Of a stretch of DNA of 64,000 bases, positions 14,558 through 28,309 are shown piece by piece. The notes under the pieces are model-generated. The model did not search any database. It was not told where the DNA came from and worked only from the letters and a program-made list of their open reading frames with translations. Source of the DNA: the human T2T-CHM13v2.0 reference genome, Homo sapiens. The DNA lies in the NCBI RefSeq assembly GCF_009914755.1, contig NC_060934.1. The stretch is one strand, 5' to 3'. The translations under genes were made by a program, and so were the position numbers. How positions within the stretch are numbered: position 1 is the first letter of the stretch; every line of letters begins with the position of its first letter.

Positions 14558-17523
14558 CAGCGAGCCGCCGCCGCCCGCCCGGGGGGGAGGGGGATGGAGT
14601 GCGCGGGCAGCTCCCCCTCCCCGGCCCGCGCCCCGCTCGCCCCGGGCTGCGCTGGCCCCGAGCGCCGAGAGCCAGGGGGCGCCGCGGGCCGCCCGCGCCC
14701 GGGGTCTGCGCCGCCCCCGGGCCCGCCCCGGCTCCGCGCGCGGTCCCGGGTGTCCTCGGCGCCGCGCCGCCCGCCGTGCGCCACGGGTGTGCGCTGCGCT
14801 CGGCCGGTGACCCCCTTCCCCGAGCGCCTCCCGCGCGGCTAACGAGCCGCTCTCCGCTTATTAGGTGGTAACTCGTTAATAATGGATAATCGGCCCCCTC
14901 CGCCCGGGCGCCCCTGCGCCAGCCCTCCTCCCCCGGCTGCGCTCGGCTCCGGCTCGCCGCGCCAGTGCGCGCCCGGCCGCGGCAGGTTCACCGCGTCCGG
15001 CCGCCGGCCCGTGGCCGCCTGCTAGCCCATGTTCTCGGGACCCCCTAGTCCTGTCGCCACGCCGCTGAGCCCCTCGGCCTCCGCTCGCTCTTCCTCCTTG
15101 CCGCCTCCGACTCCTCCTCGTCCCCGTCCTCGCCGCCCAAGCCTCTTCGGCGCGCGCCCCGCGCTCCCCGCAGCCGCCAGCAGCAGCAGCTGCAGCAACT
15201 GGAGCGGGCGCGGACTCAGGACGACCCAGGCGGGAGGGGAGGAGGCTCGCCGCGCTGGCTCGCCTGGGCTCCGGGCTGGGCAGGGGTGGGCAGGGCCCCT
15301 CGGCAGCGGCCCGGCAAGCGCCCCTGACCCCCAGGGCGCAAGGTAGAGCGCCCCCAGCCCAGGCGCGGGGCCAGGCGCCTCTCTCCAAGGTGCTGCGCCC
15401 CCAGCCGAGAGCGGTGGGGTACACTGGGAGGACGGCGGGGCGCCCCGGTCAGGCCGTTTTTTTCCCCAAAGAGCCCCCAGTGGGGAGGGGAGGAGTGGCC
15501 AGCTGTCAACTGGATTCCACAGGCTGAGCTCCCCAGGACCCTCGGGCTTCGGGAGTGAGGAGGACCCCACGCCAGGATACACACAGCTACCCACCCCTAC
15601 TTCGCTCTTCCTGCTACCTATGTGCCCAGGGTCCCGCGTGTGGCTGGAGGGTAGAGTCAGGAAGGCCAGCGGGTGGTCTGTGGCCTCTGACAGCAGCAGG
15701 TGGTTTCTCTCCTTTTTCCTTATTAGCAACAGAGGCTGCCCAACAAAGAGTAGGCAGAAATGATCAAGGACGACCTGGCCTGGGGATAGTGCAGGCCCCG
15801 ATAGACAATAGAGTTCCCTGAAGGGTTGCTTTCCTCTCATATAGTCTCAGACTCCATCCATCCTGTGAGGAGGGCAGATGGGGGAAGAGGGACTCCAGAC
15901 TTCATTCTGGCTCACCGTTCCCCATTTAGGGTCTTCCCTTCTCCCCACTTAAGATGAAGAAGGAGTCCGTGTTTGTTCCGTAGCGTGTCTCCGTACACCA
16001 CCAGGGGAATCCCCCTTCTGACACTTTCAGAAACTTTGCGCCCCCTGAACAGCGTCCGTCCTCGTGCTACCAGCTGGACCCCAAGTTTTTCCAGCGCTAA
16101 TTAAATCGAAGATGATCACGCTCTTCCCTCATTGCTGCAGTGGTTTCCCCAAAGTTTCCAGCTCATTAGTTTAAGCCTAATTGGAATTCTCAGGTTCCTT
16201 TCAGCTCTTCCCATGGAAAAGGCCCAAGTTAGCATCCTTAGCTTTACACCTGAGGCTGTCTCCGTGAGAGTCAGATCAGCCCTGCCCTTGTCCTTGGAGG
16301 TCTCTGGAAGGAAGAGCGAGCAAGGGAGGCTGAGCTGGGCAGAGAGGCTGAAGAGGATGTTTGAAGCTTCTCTCTTGCTTGATTCGGAATACATTCATTG
16401 GGTTTAGAGTACACATCCACTAAGAAAGAGTCAAGGCCAAAGTCAAAGGAGAAAATGGAATGAGGTAAGAGTTCTTGAGTATTTGGTTCTCAAAAAGAAG
16501 TGTATGTAAAAGGGAGCTGCAGAAAGTGTGCTCCAGAAAATGGAATTGTCTGAGCCTCCTCTCCATACCATCCCATAGTACCTCCAACCTCGGCCTCTGT
16601 GTTCAGCCACTCTGAAAGCATCCCTGCCACACCAGACCCAAGCATGCAAAGGCCCTGGGCCTTTTCTGGTACTGGGTTGGGGGAGCGGGACCCAGAAGTG
16701 CTGTGGGGATGCGCAGGAAGGTGACTATGGCATTGAGGTTCCTTTATTTATTAGCCTCTCAATGGCTGTAGTTTGCTGCTTTTGTGCCTCAGCAATGCCA
16801 AGAAAGTTAAGGACATTCCTTAAATCAAGGCCAAGATTTGAAATTTAAAAATAAAACACCCAGAACATAAAAAGGGCAGCAAAGGATAGGACTGTCTCCC
16901 CAGTGGGATACGAAACCTCCAGAATGGATTCCCTCACCCACAAAATTGAAATTTTGCAAACCAGCAAATCCCCTCTGGGGCCTTCTTAGACATTCCCTAC
17001 AGCCTGGATTCCCCTGAAATGCCAGTCTGGGGTCTACTGGTAAGCAGCCGATGGCCGTGACTTCTGTCACCCCAACTGCAGGATCTATAGCTTTTTCTCC
17101 TCCATCATCACCTTCATCACCTCAGCATCTTTGGAGAGGGTGCTTGGAGGCCCCTCAGATGCCATCTCCTGCTCTCTTCATCACCCCTGCCTCTGCTGAT
17201 TGAAGCTTTTAGCAACTTCTGTGCTGTCCAAAGCCTCGGCTTAGTCAGGAATCATCAGAAACTCTCAGTGTTGATGTCAATATCCTTTCCTTCCTACAAT
17301 CCCCAGTCTCTCACCTCCTCCCTGAATGGCCTGGCTGGTAAGCACTGAGAGAGTGCTACCATCCACCAGAAATAGACATTCCCAGGCCTTTGCCCAGTTC
17401 TCTCTGGCCATTTCCACATTGTTCACAAACTTTTGCACCACTTCCAGAAAACTTGGCCCCTGGCATTACAAATTTAGGAAAAGGCTCTGCACAGACAGAA
17501 CCTCAAACTTAAAAGGAACCTTA

Positions 17524-18006
<483 letters not shown>

Positions 18007-18710
18007 CTAACCAGATCTTCTGACCCCTGAGCTCGTAATTGTATGTGCACATGCCTGCATGTCATGCTGTCCACAGCATGTCCACAGCCAGACTGTGGCC
18101 AGACTCCAGGGCACAGCAGAGCCCCTCCAGCCTAAATGAGCTCTCTGACTACCCAACACCACTCCTTTTCTTGCCAGTCCCTGGACAGCCTTGGAAATGG
18201 GAAAGGTATAGAGAAGCACTCTAAGCCCAGCACATCTTCCCCTAATGTAGGTGTGTCTGCAGGCTGGAAATTGAGGTCCACTGCACAAGAACTGAAAGTC
18301 TCAACAGAAGTAGAAACTTCACCCTCTGTTCTGAAAACACCACGAGCCTTATTTTTATTTCTAAATTCATTCAAAAGCTTCCCAGAGAGAAGGGCAGCCT
18401 CTGTACCATGTGCATGTGTGTCTATGGCAGCTCTCAAAGCAAATCAGAGGTTTCAAGCTTAAATATTCTAATCTGAACAGTCCTAACTGATTTAAAAGAA
18501 GTAAAAGGAAGTGCATAAACATACATACTAAAAAAGCAGAGTGACTAAGGTAAAAGGAGAACAAAAAAGATTATTTGCTAAAATGTTGGCCAGCATCGCA
18601 ATTAATGTGCAATGGATTTTCTTTTCCTCCAACCTGGACCTAGTTCCAATACTCTGACATCAATCTTCGCGATTTTGCGATGGAGAAGCCAGGTGGTGAC
18701 TCTTTAAATG

Positions 18711-18730
18711 ATCTAGCGCCCTCTGGTGGA
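18711..18730 (-). promoter_or_regulatory. CTCF core motif
   Basis: Minus strand TCCACCAGAGGGCGCTAGA matches CCASYAGRKGGCRS consensus. Confidence 0.75.
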
Positions 18731-18847
18731 TTTTCCTGGCACATGACATTATTTCATGAATGTTCAAAAAAGGGACTTAATTTAACAGTCTGAAATTTGA
18801 GATATGAAAATTCCAAGAGGAAAACCCTGCTGGAAAAAAAAAACTAC

Positions 18848-19150
18848 AGGGAGTAGGAAGGAGGCATGGATCAGGAAGATGTTGGTCCAAGGATACAAAA
18901 ATTCAGTTATACAGGAGGAATAATTTCAAGAGATCTAATTGTGCAACATGGTGACTACTGTGGATAAACAATGTTTTTTTGTATACTTGAAAACCACTGA
19001 GAGATTTTAAGTCTTCTCATCACAGGTAAATGATAAGTATGTGAGGTAATACATGTGTTAATTTACTTAAGTTAGCCATTCCACAATGTATGTGTATTTT
19101 GAAACATCATGTACACCATAAACACACTTTTTGTCACTTAAAAAAATAAG
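18848..19150 (+). mobile_element. L1MA-type 3' end fragment
   Basis: ggatacaaaaattcagtta...ataagtatgtgaggtaat...ccattccacaatgtat, then A-rich end. Confidence 0.8.
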
Positions 19151-19425
19151 AAAAATTGATAAAAAAACAACAAAACCCTACAGCTTCAACAGTATGAATT
19201 ATCTAGTTACCAGTCCTACCAGCATATAAGCTGTTGTGGATAAAGGCAGCTAACAAAGTTCATGTTATTACTATGACTTGATGTCAGATCTCAACTGTTA
19301 CTGCCACCAGTAACCCTGCCCTTCCTTGAATCACCACTGTGTTTTCTTTTAAAGTCAGCAGTATCCCTCTTTCTAACCACCCTTGGTCTTCACAGTCTCT
19401 TTGTGAAGTAAAAAAGTGCAGTAGT

Positions 19426-20023
<598 letters not shown>

Positions 20024-21637
20024 GGCTGTAGCTATTTTCCCACTTTACAGGTGAGAAAACTGAGGCTTAGCTCTGCCAGGTTACTTGGCACGACAAGGAA
20101 AGTCTGTTACCTCTGAAGTGATTTATCTGTTTGTAATTTATAATGCTGGAGAGTGGGACTTACAGAACAAGCTTTCACATGCTTACATTTTTATAGATAT
20201 TTATTTTATATTTACTTCTGCTTGTAAGAATAATTCATATGTATTATAAACTTTGGAATATAAAAGTTTCATATAAGCTTCAAGTCAGTGACAAGAAAAA
20301 AGAATATGTCACATAGAATCTTACCACCCCAAAATAACCACTATTAATATTTTTATATATTTATCTCATACCTTTTCCTTGGGTGTGTATTTCTGCAAAA
20401 TTAGGGTTAGATTAAACATCTAACTTTTATCCTATTTTCCCTTAACATGAAACTGTTAGCATTTTCTCTAAGTCATTAAATATCATGGAAAACACTATTT
20501 TAAAAAATGATAATTGGATAACATTTCAGTAGATGGCATACTCCTGGCATTTAGATGATTCCAAAGTTTAATATGTTTTAAAATAAATTATAAAACTGTG
20601 TGCAAATGACTTCTAGTTGTCAAAAAAGATGTCCAGAAGATTTCCACTGACATGCTTCCATCCTGTCTCCAGTGCCTCGGGAGAGCAGGTGTGTGTAGGA
20701 AAGAGGTGCCTGTGGCAGTCAGTCTGGCCGTGGGATACTTCCCAGCCCTGCCCCAGGTCACTGGCCTCAGATCAGCCAATTGTGATGAAGAAGCTTTGAG
20801 CCAGGGCATGTTACCCGCAAAGTAATTCTCTTCTTTTCTAACACATCAAAGCCAGTGCATTGGAAGAAAATAATGCTGTGGTCTCATCGTATCCTCCTCA
20901 ATCATTGCGCCACCTGCCTGCCAAGATACAAACTTGCAAGAACATCATCTTCATTCCCCAAAGGACATCCATGGCTAGGTCAAAGAAGGCACAGCTCAGG
21001 CACAATGCCCTGCCTAGAATTCACCTTTCACCACCATTCTGCAGGATTTCCAGAATAACGATTCTGCAGATTCCTGTGTCCCTTTCCTCTCTGTGATCAG
21101 TGTCACCCCCCAGCAGAACACCACTACTGTGGGCCTTGCCTCTGGGAGGTAGGCAGGGCAAAAATCAGTCCACCCATTTTTGCTAGTGGGAGAAGAAGGC
21201 ACCAAAAGGAAAAAGATTTTCCTCAGTGCTACAGAACTTGTCTTCCTGACTGACAGACCAAAAAGCTTTCTAATCCTTTTCTTAGAGTATTCCTGATTTA
21301 ATCTTTGCAAAAGCTCTAGTTCAATGCCTGGGCAGTCCAGGACTTGACTTCTTACTCCTAGTGCTCCAAAATAATCCAATGACCGCAATCTAAGGGACTG
21401 TGCAGATGAAGCAGGGACTTACTCCTGCCTCTTCCTGGTAGCTTTTGCAATATTTGCAAGTAAGAACAATGCTGAGATCATCCTTCCCACTTACAAACCC
21501 TCTTGGGAATAAGGAGAGAAGTCAGGAAGTACAACATCTCTAAGAGTTTCATTTACTTCCAATTCTGACTTGCTTTCCTGGTGTCTGCTTTTGTCATAAT
21601 GTTCTCCAAAACAAGGTCCCTTTGTTTCAGGAAAATA

Positions 21638-22125
21638 AGTCATTGTACCAAAAAAATGCATGCACTTTTATGTTCATCACAGCACTATTCACAATGGCAA
21701 AGGCATGGAATCAACCTGAATGTCTGTCGATGGTGCACTGGATAAAGAAAATGTAGTGTGTGTACACAGTGGAATACTATGCAACCAGGAAAAAAAAAAT
21801 CACATTCTTTGCAGCAACATGGTTGCAGCTGGAGGCTGTTATCCTAAGTGAATTAACACAGAAATAGAAAACCAAATATCCCATGTTCTCACTTGTAAGT
21901 GGGAATCAACTCTCGGGTTCACACAGACGTAAAGATGAGAACAATAGACTCACACTGGGGACTCCACAAGGAGGAGGGAGGAAGGGGAGCAAGGACTGAA
22001 AAGCTGCCTATTGGGCACTGTGTTCACTGCCTGGATGGTGGGATGAATAGAAGCACTAACCTCAGCATCACACAATATACCCTTGTAACAAACCTGTACG
22101 TGTACCCTCAAATCAAAAATAAAAA
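21638..22125 (+). mobile_element. L1PB / late L1PA 3' end
   Basis: atgttcatcacagcactattcacaat...ggataaagaaaatg...atgttctcacttgtaagtggga...taacaaacctgtacgtgtaccc. Confidence 0.88.
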
Positions 22126-22343
22126 TGGAATTTTTTTTAAAGCCCTTTGTTTCACAGTGGCCTCCCTGGAAGGTGCATCCCTTCTTCAGCCTTGTTATCC
22201 CACAGTTGCCAAGCACCCTGCTTCCCAAAGATGATCATTTGATGGTTTAAAAAATTATAAACCATGATGCTTTTATGAAAGGTAAGGCTCTTTCTGTGAA
22301 ACCAGGAAATTCTGCTTTTGCTATATTTTTGCAAAGATAAACA

Positions 22344-23640
22344 TTTTTTTTTTTCAGAGCAGGAGTGAAAGTTTATTTAAAAGCTTTAGAACAGTAAGGA
22401 AAGGAAGGAAAGGAAAGAGAAGAAGGAGAGTACAACTTGGAAGATGGTCAAGTGGGCAGCTTGAGAAACCAAGTGCATAGCTTGACCTCTTGACTTGGGG
22501 TTTCATATGGTTTGGCTGTGTCCCCACCCAAATCTCCTCTTGAATTGTAGCTCCCTCCCGTAATTCCCACGTATTGTGGGAAGGACCCGGTGGGAGGTAA
22601 TTGAATCATGAGGGTGTGTCTTTCCCATGCTGTTCTCATGACAGTGAATAAGTCTTATGAGATCTGATGGTTTTATAAAGGGGAGTTCCGCTACACAAGC
22701 CCTCTTGCCTACTGCCATGTAAGACATGACCCTGCTCCTCATTCGCATTCCGCCATGATTGTGAGGCCTCCCCAGCCATGTGAACTGTGAGTTCATTAAA
22801 CCTCTTTCCTTTATAAATTACCCAGTCTCAGGTATGTCTTTATTAGCAGCGTGAGAACAAACTAACACAGGGTTTTATACTTTGGCCTACTTCCAAGATC
22901 TTGCCTTAACCCTCCCCACTCCTGAGATCTTATTGGGAAGCTGCTGATCAGTTTCAGCTGTTTTCTATCTGTCAGGAGACTGCTGTTCCCTGGCTCTGGC
23001 TGTGACCAATTATTACTTTAGAGAAACAGTTAACCCCCTGACCATCACCTGATGGTTGCCCACCACTCCTAAGTGTGTTGTGGGGAGCCCTCTCCTGCCT
23101 TGCTCATACCTGACTGGCTACCTACTATAACACGTCCCCCCTCAAGAGTCCAAGATCCTAAACCTTTGGGGGAAAATGGATGAAGGTCAGTCTTCTGCAA
23201 CTTCTTCCTGCTGACAGAGGGGCGGTGGTGGTTCTGTGGGTCTTGGCCTCTTGCTAGCTGTCAGGGCCGACTTGGGTCCATGAATTGGTGAAAGCGGTAT
23301 CCAGCCAGGTCTAAGGGAGACAGGGGCAGGATTTTGCCTCTGTCGTGTCCCACTGATGAACAATCTAGAGGTTCCCTTTAGAAAGGTGACTCTTGAATAT
23401 TGAGAGGACAATATCTCTCACTGAGGATCATCTGGAGCTTGATGTCCTTTCCCCTTAAAGAGGAACCTCAGATCTTTCAGGGCCTTGCAAGTGTATTGAG
23501 GAGCTGAGGGCATTGCTTCCAACTCTGGTGTCCTGAAGCCTTTTCACGGCTTCACTCGGGTATGTTGTATCCAGCTGGCAATCTCTAGTACTTTAATGGC
23601 CCTGGGGGTAAATAATAAAACAGTGAAGGGGTCCTTCCAG
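22344..23640 (-). mobile_element. ERV1 relic: integrase tail, env tail, PPT, MER50-like LTR (U3-R) and poly(A)
   Basis: WKDPFTVLLFTPRAIKVLEIASWIQHTRVKP at 23639-23547; TTGAGGGGGACG PPT before TGTTA at 23132; AATAAA then A11 at 22354-22344. Confidence 0.8.
22503..22869 (+). mobile_element. THE1-type MaLR solo LTR inserted in the ERV1 LTR
   Basis: tcatatggtttggctgtgtccccacccaaatctc...actaacaca; 5-bp TSD GGGTT. Confidence 0.92.
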
Positions 23641-24616
23641 AACAAAAACCCAATCTAGCAGTGTCCTGCAAAAAAGCCATAAATACAGACCAATAAACTG
23701 GTTTCTGGGTTCAAGAGGGAAGTTCAGTAAAGGTCCTAGTAGAAGGCGCTTACCATATTTCAGCAGAATGCTGTTAGAGTCCCAGAATGTAAGAATCACC
23801 ATTCTAGGAATGCTGCCTGGAGCCAGGAAGGAGAGGTAGATCCTCACCTTTGGCTAGAAACTGAGTCTTTGAGTCTCCCACCAGGGAAATTTCCCCAGTG
23901 GATTTTGCGTGGACATCTGACTAATCCAGAAAGAGAGCTGAAGGTGGGAGAGACCCTGCCATCTTCCTGGCCATTCTAGAAAGTCCAAACACAAAGAGAA
24001 ATGACCTCCCGTTTCTCTGAGCACTGCAGCCACTACAATTTGGTAGCATCCACAGAGTGCCTCGCCAGCTCTTTCTCTCTGAGGACCTCTGACATGGGCT
24101 TATTTAAGCGCAAACTTTAGATGCTTCCAGAAAGATGGCTTGCCTACAGCACTATGCAGCTGGAACAGGGAGACTGTTAGAGGCAGACACTGCCCAGCGT
24201 GTGTCTCAGACCTCCCTTCAGAAAAAGCCTCTGTGAGCTCCAGGACACTGTGCTAAATGCATTTTCTGCAAGATGCTACACTGAATTGAAAGCGTGCAAA
24301 AACATCCTTTTGGTTATCTATAAATTTCATTTTGTTCTTCTCTCCTAATAACAAAATTGAAAGCTGTAAGTTGAACAAAGCAACCTGCAAACTGCTCTAG
24401 CAGCCCTGGGAACTCCCTGGGTGATATATGGTCATGGGCTTAGAGCTTTTCATTTGACTTGCTCTTGGCTTTTCTATCAAGATCTGTCTTGGTGACACTC
24501 TACTGAGATAGATGAGTTGGTATGCATAAGTGGCTTTTATTTCAGAAGGTAATACATATTCTATTTAAAGTACAATGACCCAGAAGGGAATTCCAGCCCC
24601 TTTATCATTAGTATAG

Positions 24617-24723
24617 AAATTCAATGGTTCATAATCTGGTAGCTCATTGAAATGACTTTTCATTAACTTCAATGGTTCATAATGTGGTGGCCCATTGAAA
24701 TGATGTTCCATTAAATTCAATGG
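24617..24723. repeat. 48-bp tandem repeat (~2.2 copies) with internal inverted motifs
   Basis: aa(a/c)ttcaatgg at 24617, 24665 and 24713. Confidence 0.85.
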
Positions 24724-25162
24724 GGGATATTATTTGAGTCAGAACCAATTTACAAACTAAACAGAATGCAGACACACATCGCACTGCCCAGAGGGCTCGC
24801 TCGGCTCTCTCTTCCCTGGGTCTTCCATGAAGACTGGTGAGATCAGCACTGCCTGGGAGCTGAGGTGGTAGGCAGAGAAAAAGCATGTAGGCAGGGCATG
24901 CCCTTCCTTCTAGGGGAATAATAGTTGAGGCCAGAGACCATAATGGGCAATTTACATGTCCCAAAATTCAATGCACATATTTCCCTAATGCTTAGACCAC
25001 CTTCACAATTTTGACCATATCGTCATACTGCCTTTTCAATTACTTACTAATATTTGTCTTCAATAGACTACTTTTATTTACCTAAATTTATTTCAAAAGG
25101 AAATTCTATACCACTATCTTCCTGGAAAACCAACATCACTGTAAGTAGCAGGTAAATAAATA

Positions 25163-25527
25163 CAGTAGTCTCTCACTTTTCTGCAGGGCATACCTTCCCA
25201 GAACCCCTGTGGATGCCTGAAGCCGCAGATAGCACTGAACTCTACACACAGTATATACAAGTTTTTCCATCTGATAACCGAGAACACTGCTCAGGTACTA
25301 ACAGGCAGGTGGTGGGTGGTGCATACACTGGACAAAGGAATGATTTATATCCCAGGCAGGATGGAGCATTTGGCAAGAGATTTCATCATACTACTCAGAA
25401 TGGCAGCAGTTTAAAACTTATGAATTGTTTATTTCTGGAACTTTCCATTGAATATTTTTGGACTGTGGTTGACCACAGGTAACTGAAATTGCAGAAAGCA
25501 AAACCTCAGATAAGAGGGGGACTACTG
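25163..25527. mobile_element. Tigger-family MITE, probably nested in an older hAT relic (~24980-25875)
   Basis: TIRs CAGTAGTC.../...GACTACTG flanked by TA on both sides. Confidence 0.85.
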
Positions 25528-25904
25528 TAATAATAAAATAAAAATAAATAACAAATCAAAATATAAATACATTAGAAATAAATAGAAGGCAAGTGTAAAA
25601 GTAAATATAATAAATGCAAACAATGCTGTAAAATCAGAGCTTGCTGTTTTCAGGTGAAAGCCCTCCATCTGAAGCCTAGACTGCCTTTGCTAAAAGGAGA
25701 AATTGGTAAGTGTTGTAGAGATGTTCCAGGCACAATGACCATCTCTGTGGCAATCAGGTTAGAGAGGGAATTGGGCAGGGCATGACTTTCCCACTGAGTG
25801 CCAAGACCGGAGTATAAGCTCAAATCATCCTTTGTACCGCGTGGGGTCAAGCAGCCTGCCTTTTTGGAAGCACTGCTTTCCTACTCGTTTTAATTCTTAC
25901 ACGA

Positions 25905-26200
25905 GGCTGGGCACAGTGGCTCACGCCTGTAATCCCAGCACTTTGGGAGGCCCAGGCAGGTGGATCACCTGAGGTCAGGAGTTCGTGACCAGCCTGGCCA
26001 ACATGGTGAAACCCCATCTCTACTAAAAAACTACAAAAATTAGCCAGGTGTGGTGGTAGGCACCTGTAATCCCAGCTACTCAGGAGGTTGAAGCAGGAGA
26101 ATTGTTTGAACCCGGGAGATGAAGGTTACAGTGAGCAAAGATCATGCCACTGCGCTCCAGCCTGGGCGACAGAGCAAGGCTCTGTCTCGAAAAAAAAAAA
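25905..26200 (+). mobile_element. Alu (AluS-like), flanked by MIR
   Basis: Full dimer; TSD CTTACAC. Confidence 0.95.
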
Positions 26201-27241
26201 CTTACACCATCTCCTAAAGTATCACCCCCACTATACAGATGTGGAAACTGAGGCTCAAGTAAGTTAAGTAAGCAACTTGTCCAAAGTCACACACAGAGTG
26301 TCCTCAAGGTCAGTGCACAGCATTATCAGGGGTCACTCAGCCCTCTGACCCTATCGCCATCTGGGCCATTATAATTCTAGAAGGAAAAGCACATTAGAGA
26401 TTTTGTCTGACTTCCTCTTTTTCGAGTGAGAAAAGTGCAGCCTAGAGGTGTTTAATAACCTGCCCAAAGCCTCTTTGTTCCCCAGCGACTGAGCTGAGGT
26501 TAGAATCCTTATCTGGTGTGCTTTCTGTCCTCTCAAAGTCCACCCGGCCAGCAGATGAGCCTGTTGGGAGCCAGGCAGGTGGTAAAGTTTCCTCACCATC
26601 CTCCTTTCTGCTCCCAGCAGGCCTAGGAAATCCTTTCTTGCTGACCTTTCTTTCAAATGCTAATCTGGGCCTCTGAGGCTGGGGTGGGGGGGTGGGAGGG
26701 GGGGCCTTTCCCCCATTGGGAGCCCCACTGCCAGGTGAGCCCATGGCTGTGAGTCAGCACAGAGAGCTTCAGAAGTCCCTCACTGATGGGGGGCATGCAG
26801 GGAGTGTGCCCCATGGCATCTGGGCCTTTGCAAAGCCTGTAGGGGCCGGGGTGCCCCATTAGCCCAGGAGATGCCCCTGCAGGAGGCTTTAAACTCAGCA
26901 GGTGCACCTCACAGCTCCTCGGTCTCAGACACAGCCTGAGGTCAAGACAGAAGCTGTGAAGAAGCTCTGTTGGGTGAGCCCTGGGGCTGCAGGCAAGCCA
27001 GGACCTTTGGAGGCCCTGGGAGGCTGGCAGGGGTGAGGGAGAATGGCAGGTGCAGGTGCCATACTGCACCTTTGGGAAGAGCAAAGGTGGTGGGGTGAGC
27101 GGGTCGAGTTATGAGAAAGTTCACAGAAACAAAAGAGGGGGTATGAGAGTAGAAGTGGGAGGACAGAGAAAGAGAAGGAAGAAAAGAAGTAAAAAATAAA
27201 AGGAAACAGAGAGAGAAGAAAAAGAAAGAGAAGGGAGGGAG

Positions 27242-27317
27242 GGAAGGAAGGAAGGAAGGAAGGAAGGAAGGAAGGAAGGAAGGAAGGAAGGAAGGAAGGA
27301 AGGAAGGAAGGAAGGAA
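27242..27317 (+). repeat. (GGAA)19 microsatellite
   Basis: 19 uninterrupted GGAA units within a longer purine tract. Confidence 0.97.
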
Positions 27318-27850
27318 GAAGAAATAAATAAATAGAGAGACCTAAGAAACAAGGCAGAGAAAGGGACATCACCTGTCCCAGCCAGTGGCCTCTTCTGAGT
27401 TGCTCCACTTCCCTAACAAAGCACAGAGACATTATGCCTGTAATATAAGGGGGTCCAAAGTGCCCACAGTAAGAAACAAGTATTCTCCCCTTAAAGGAAA
27501 GGCACAGGATCCTGGTGGCAAATTTCTGACAAGTGAGCTCCCCACCCCCAACACACACACACAGACAGACACACACACACACACAATGGACTGTCTCCTT
27601 TCTCAGAGGGATACATGCTTGAGATGCTGGGTGTACCTGCAAAGCACAGGCCTGGGAAGCCCCTCCAACACAGATGGTCTTGTCTTATAAGTGTCAGGGT
27701 TTGTGCCAGCTGAAAGGGAGCCCGGACTTCTGTATAGGAGGTGAGGACAAGGGCAGAATCTCCTTCATTGTGTATTCTTTTCTCATCACCCAGAAGAGGA
27801 TTAATCATATTAGGACTCAGCAGAAACAAACGAGAAGAAGCTGCACATGG

Positions 27851-27890
27851 CCAGGCAGTGCCTCCCATCCCCAGGCAGTGCCTCCCATCC
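27851..27890. repeat. Perfect 20-bp tandem duplication
   Basis: ccaggcagtgcctcccatcc x2. Confidence 0.95.
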
Positions 27891-28309
27891 CCATTAGTGG
27901 CCTGCGGGAGGAACTTTCCATGGGAATCCCACCCAGCCCAGCCTCCTTGCAGGGCAAGGGCCCAGGACACTGGTCTCTCCAGCTGACTGCACAGGGCTTT
28001 AAAGCCAAGGATGAGGCAGGGGAGGAGAGGGTCTCAGTGTAACACATTCTACTCTACCCTCCAGGGCTCAGTTCCTCAATTCTACAAAGGAAAAAATATT
28101 AGGTGTTTATTAGGTAAATATTTATTAAGCACCTACCATGTGCTTTGTGCTATTGGCAATTTCTATAAACAGGGTTTTCCCATCCACAGCAGCTCTCCCT
28201 ACCACATGAGAGGGTCCCTGGAGGAGCAACCACATGGATTAAATATTTCACACCATGAGTCAATGGAAGTGCTAGCTCAGCCCTCAAGTTGCTGCATGAT
28301 CCCACTCTG

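Noticed and set aside
14876-15840. Overlapping 100-270-aa ORFs in the CpG island
   Set aside because: Low-complexity Ala/Gly/Pro/Arg products expected from GC content
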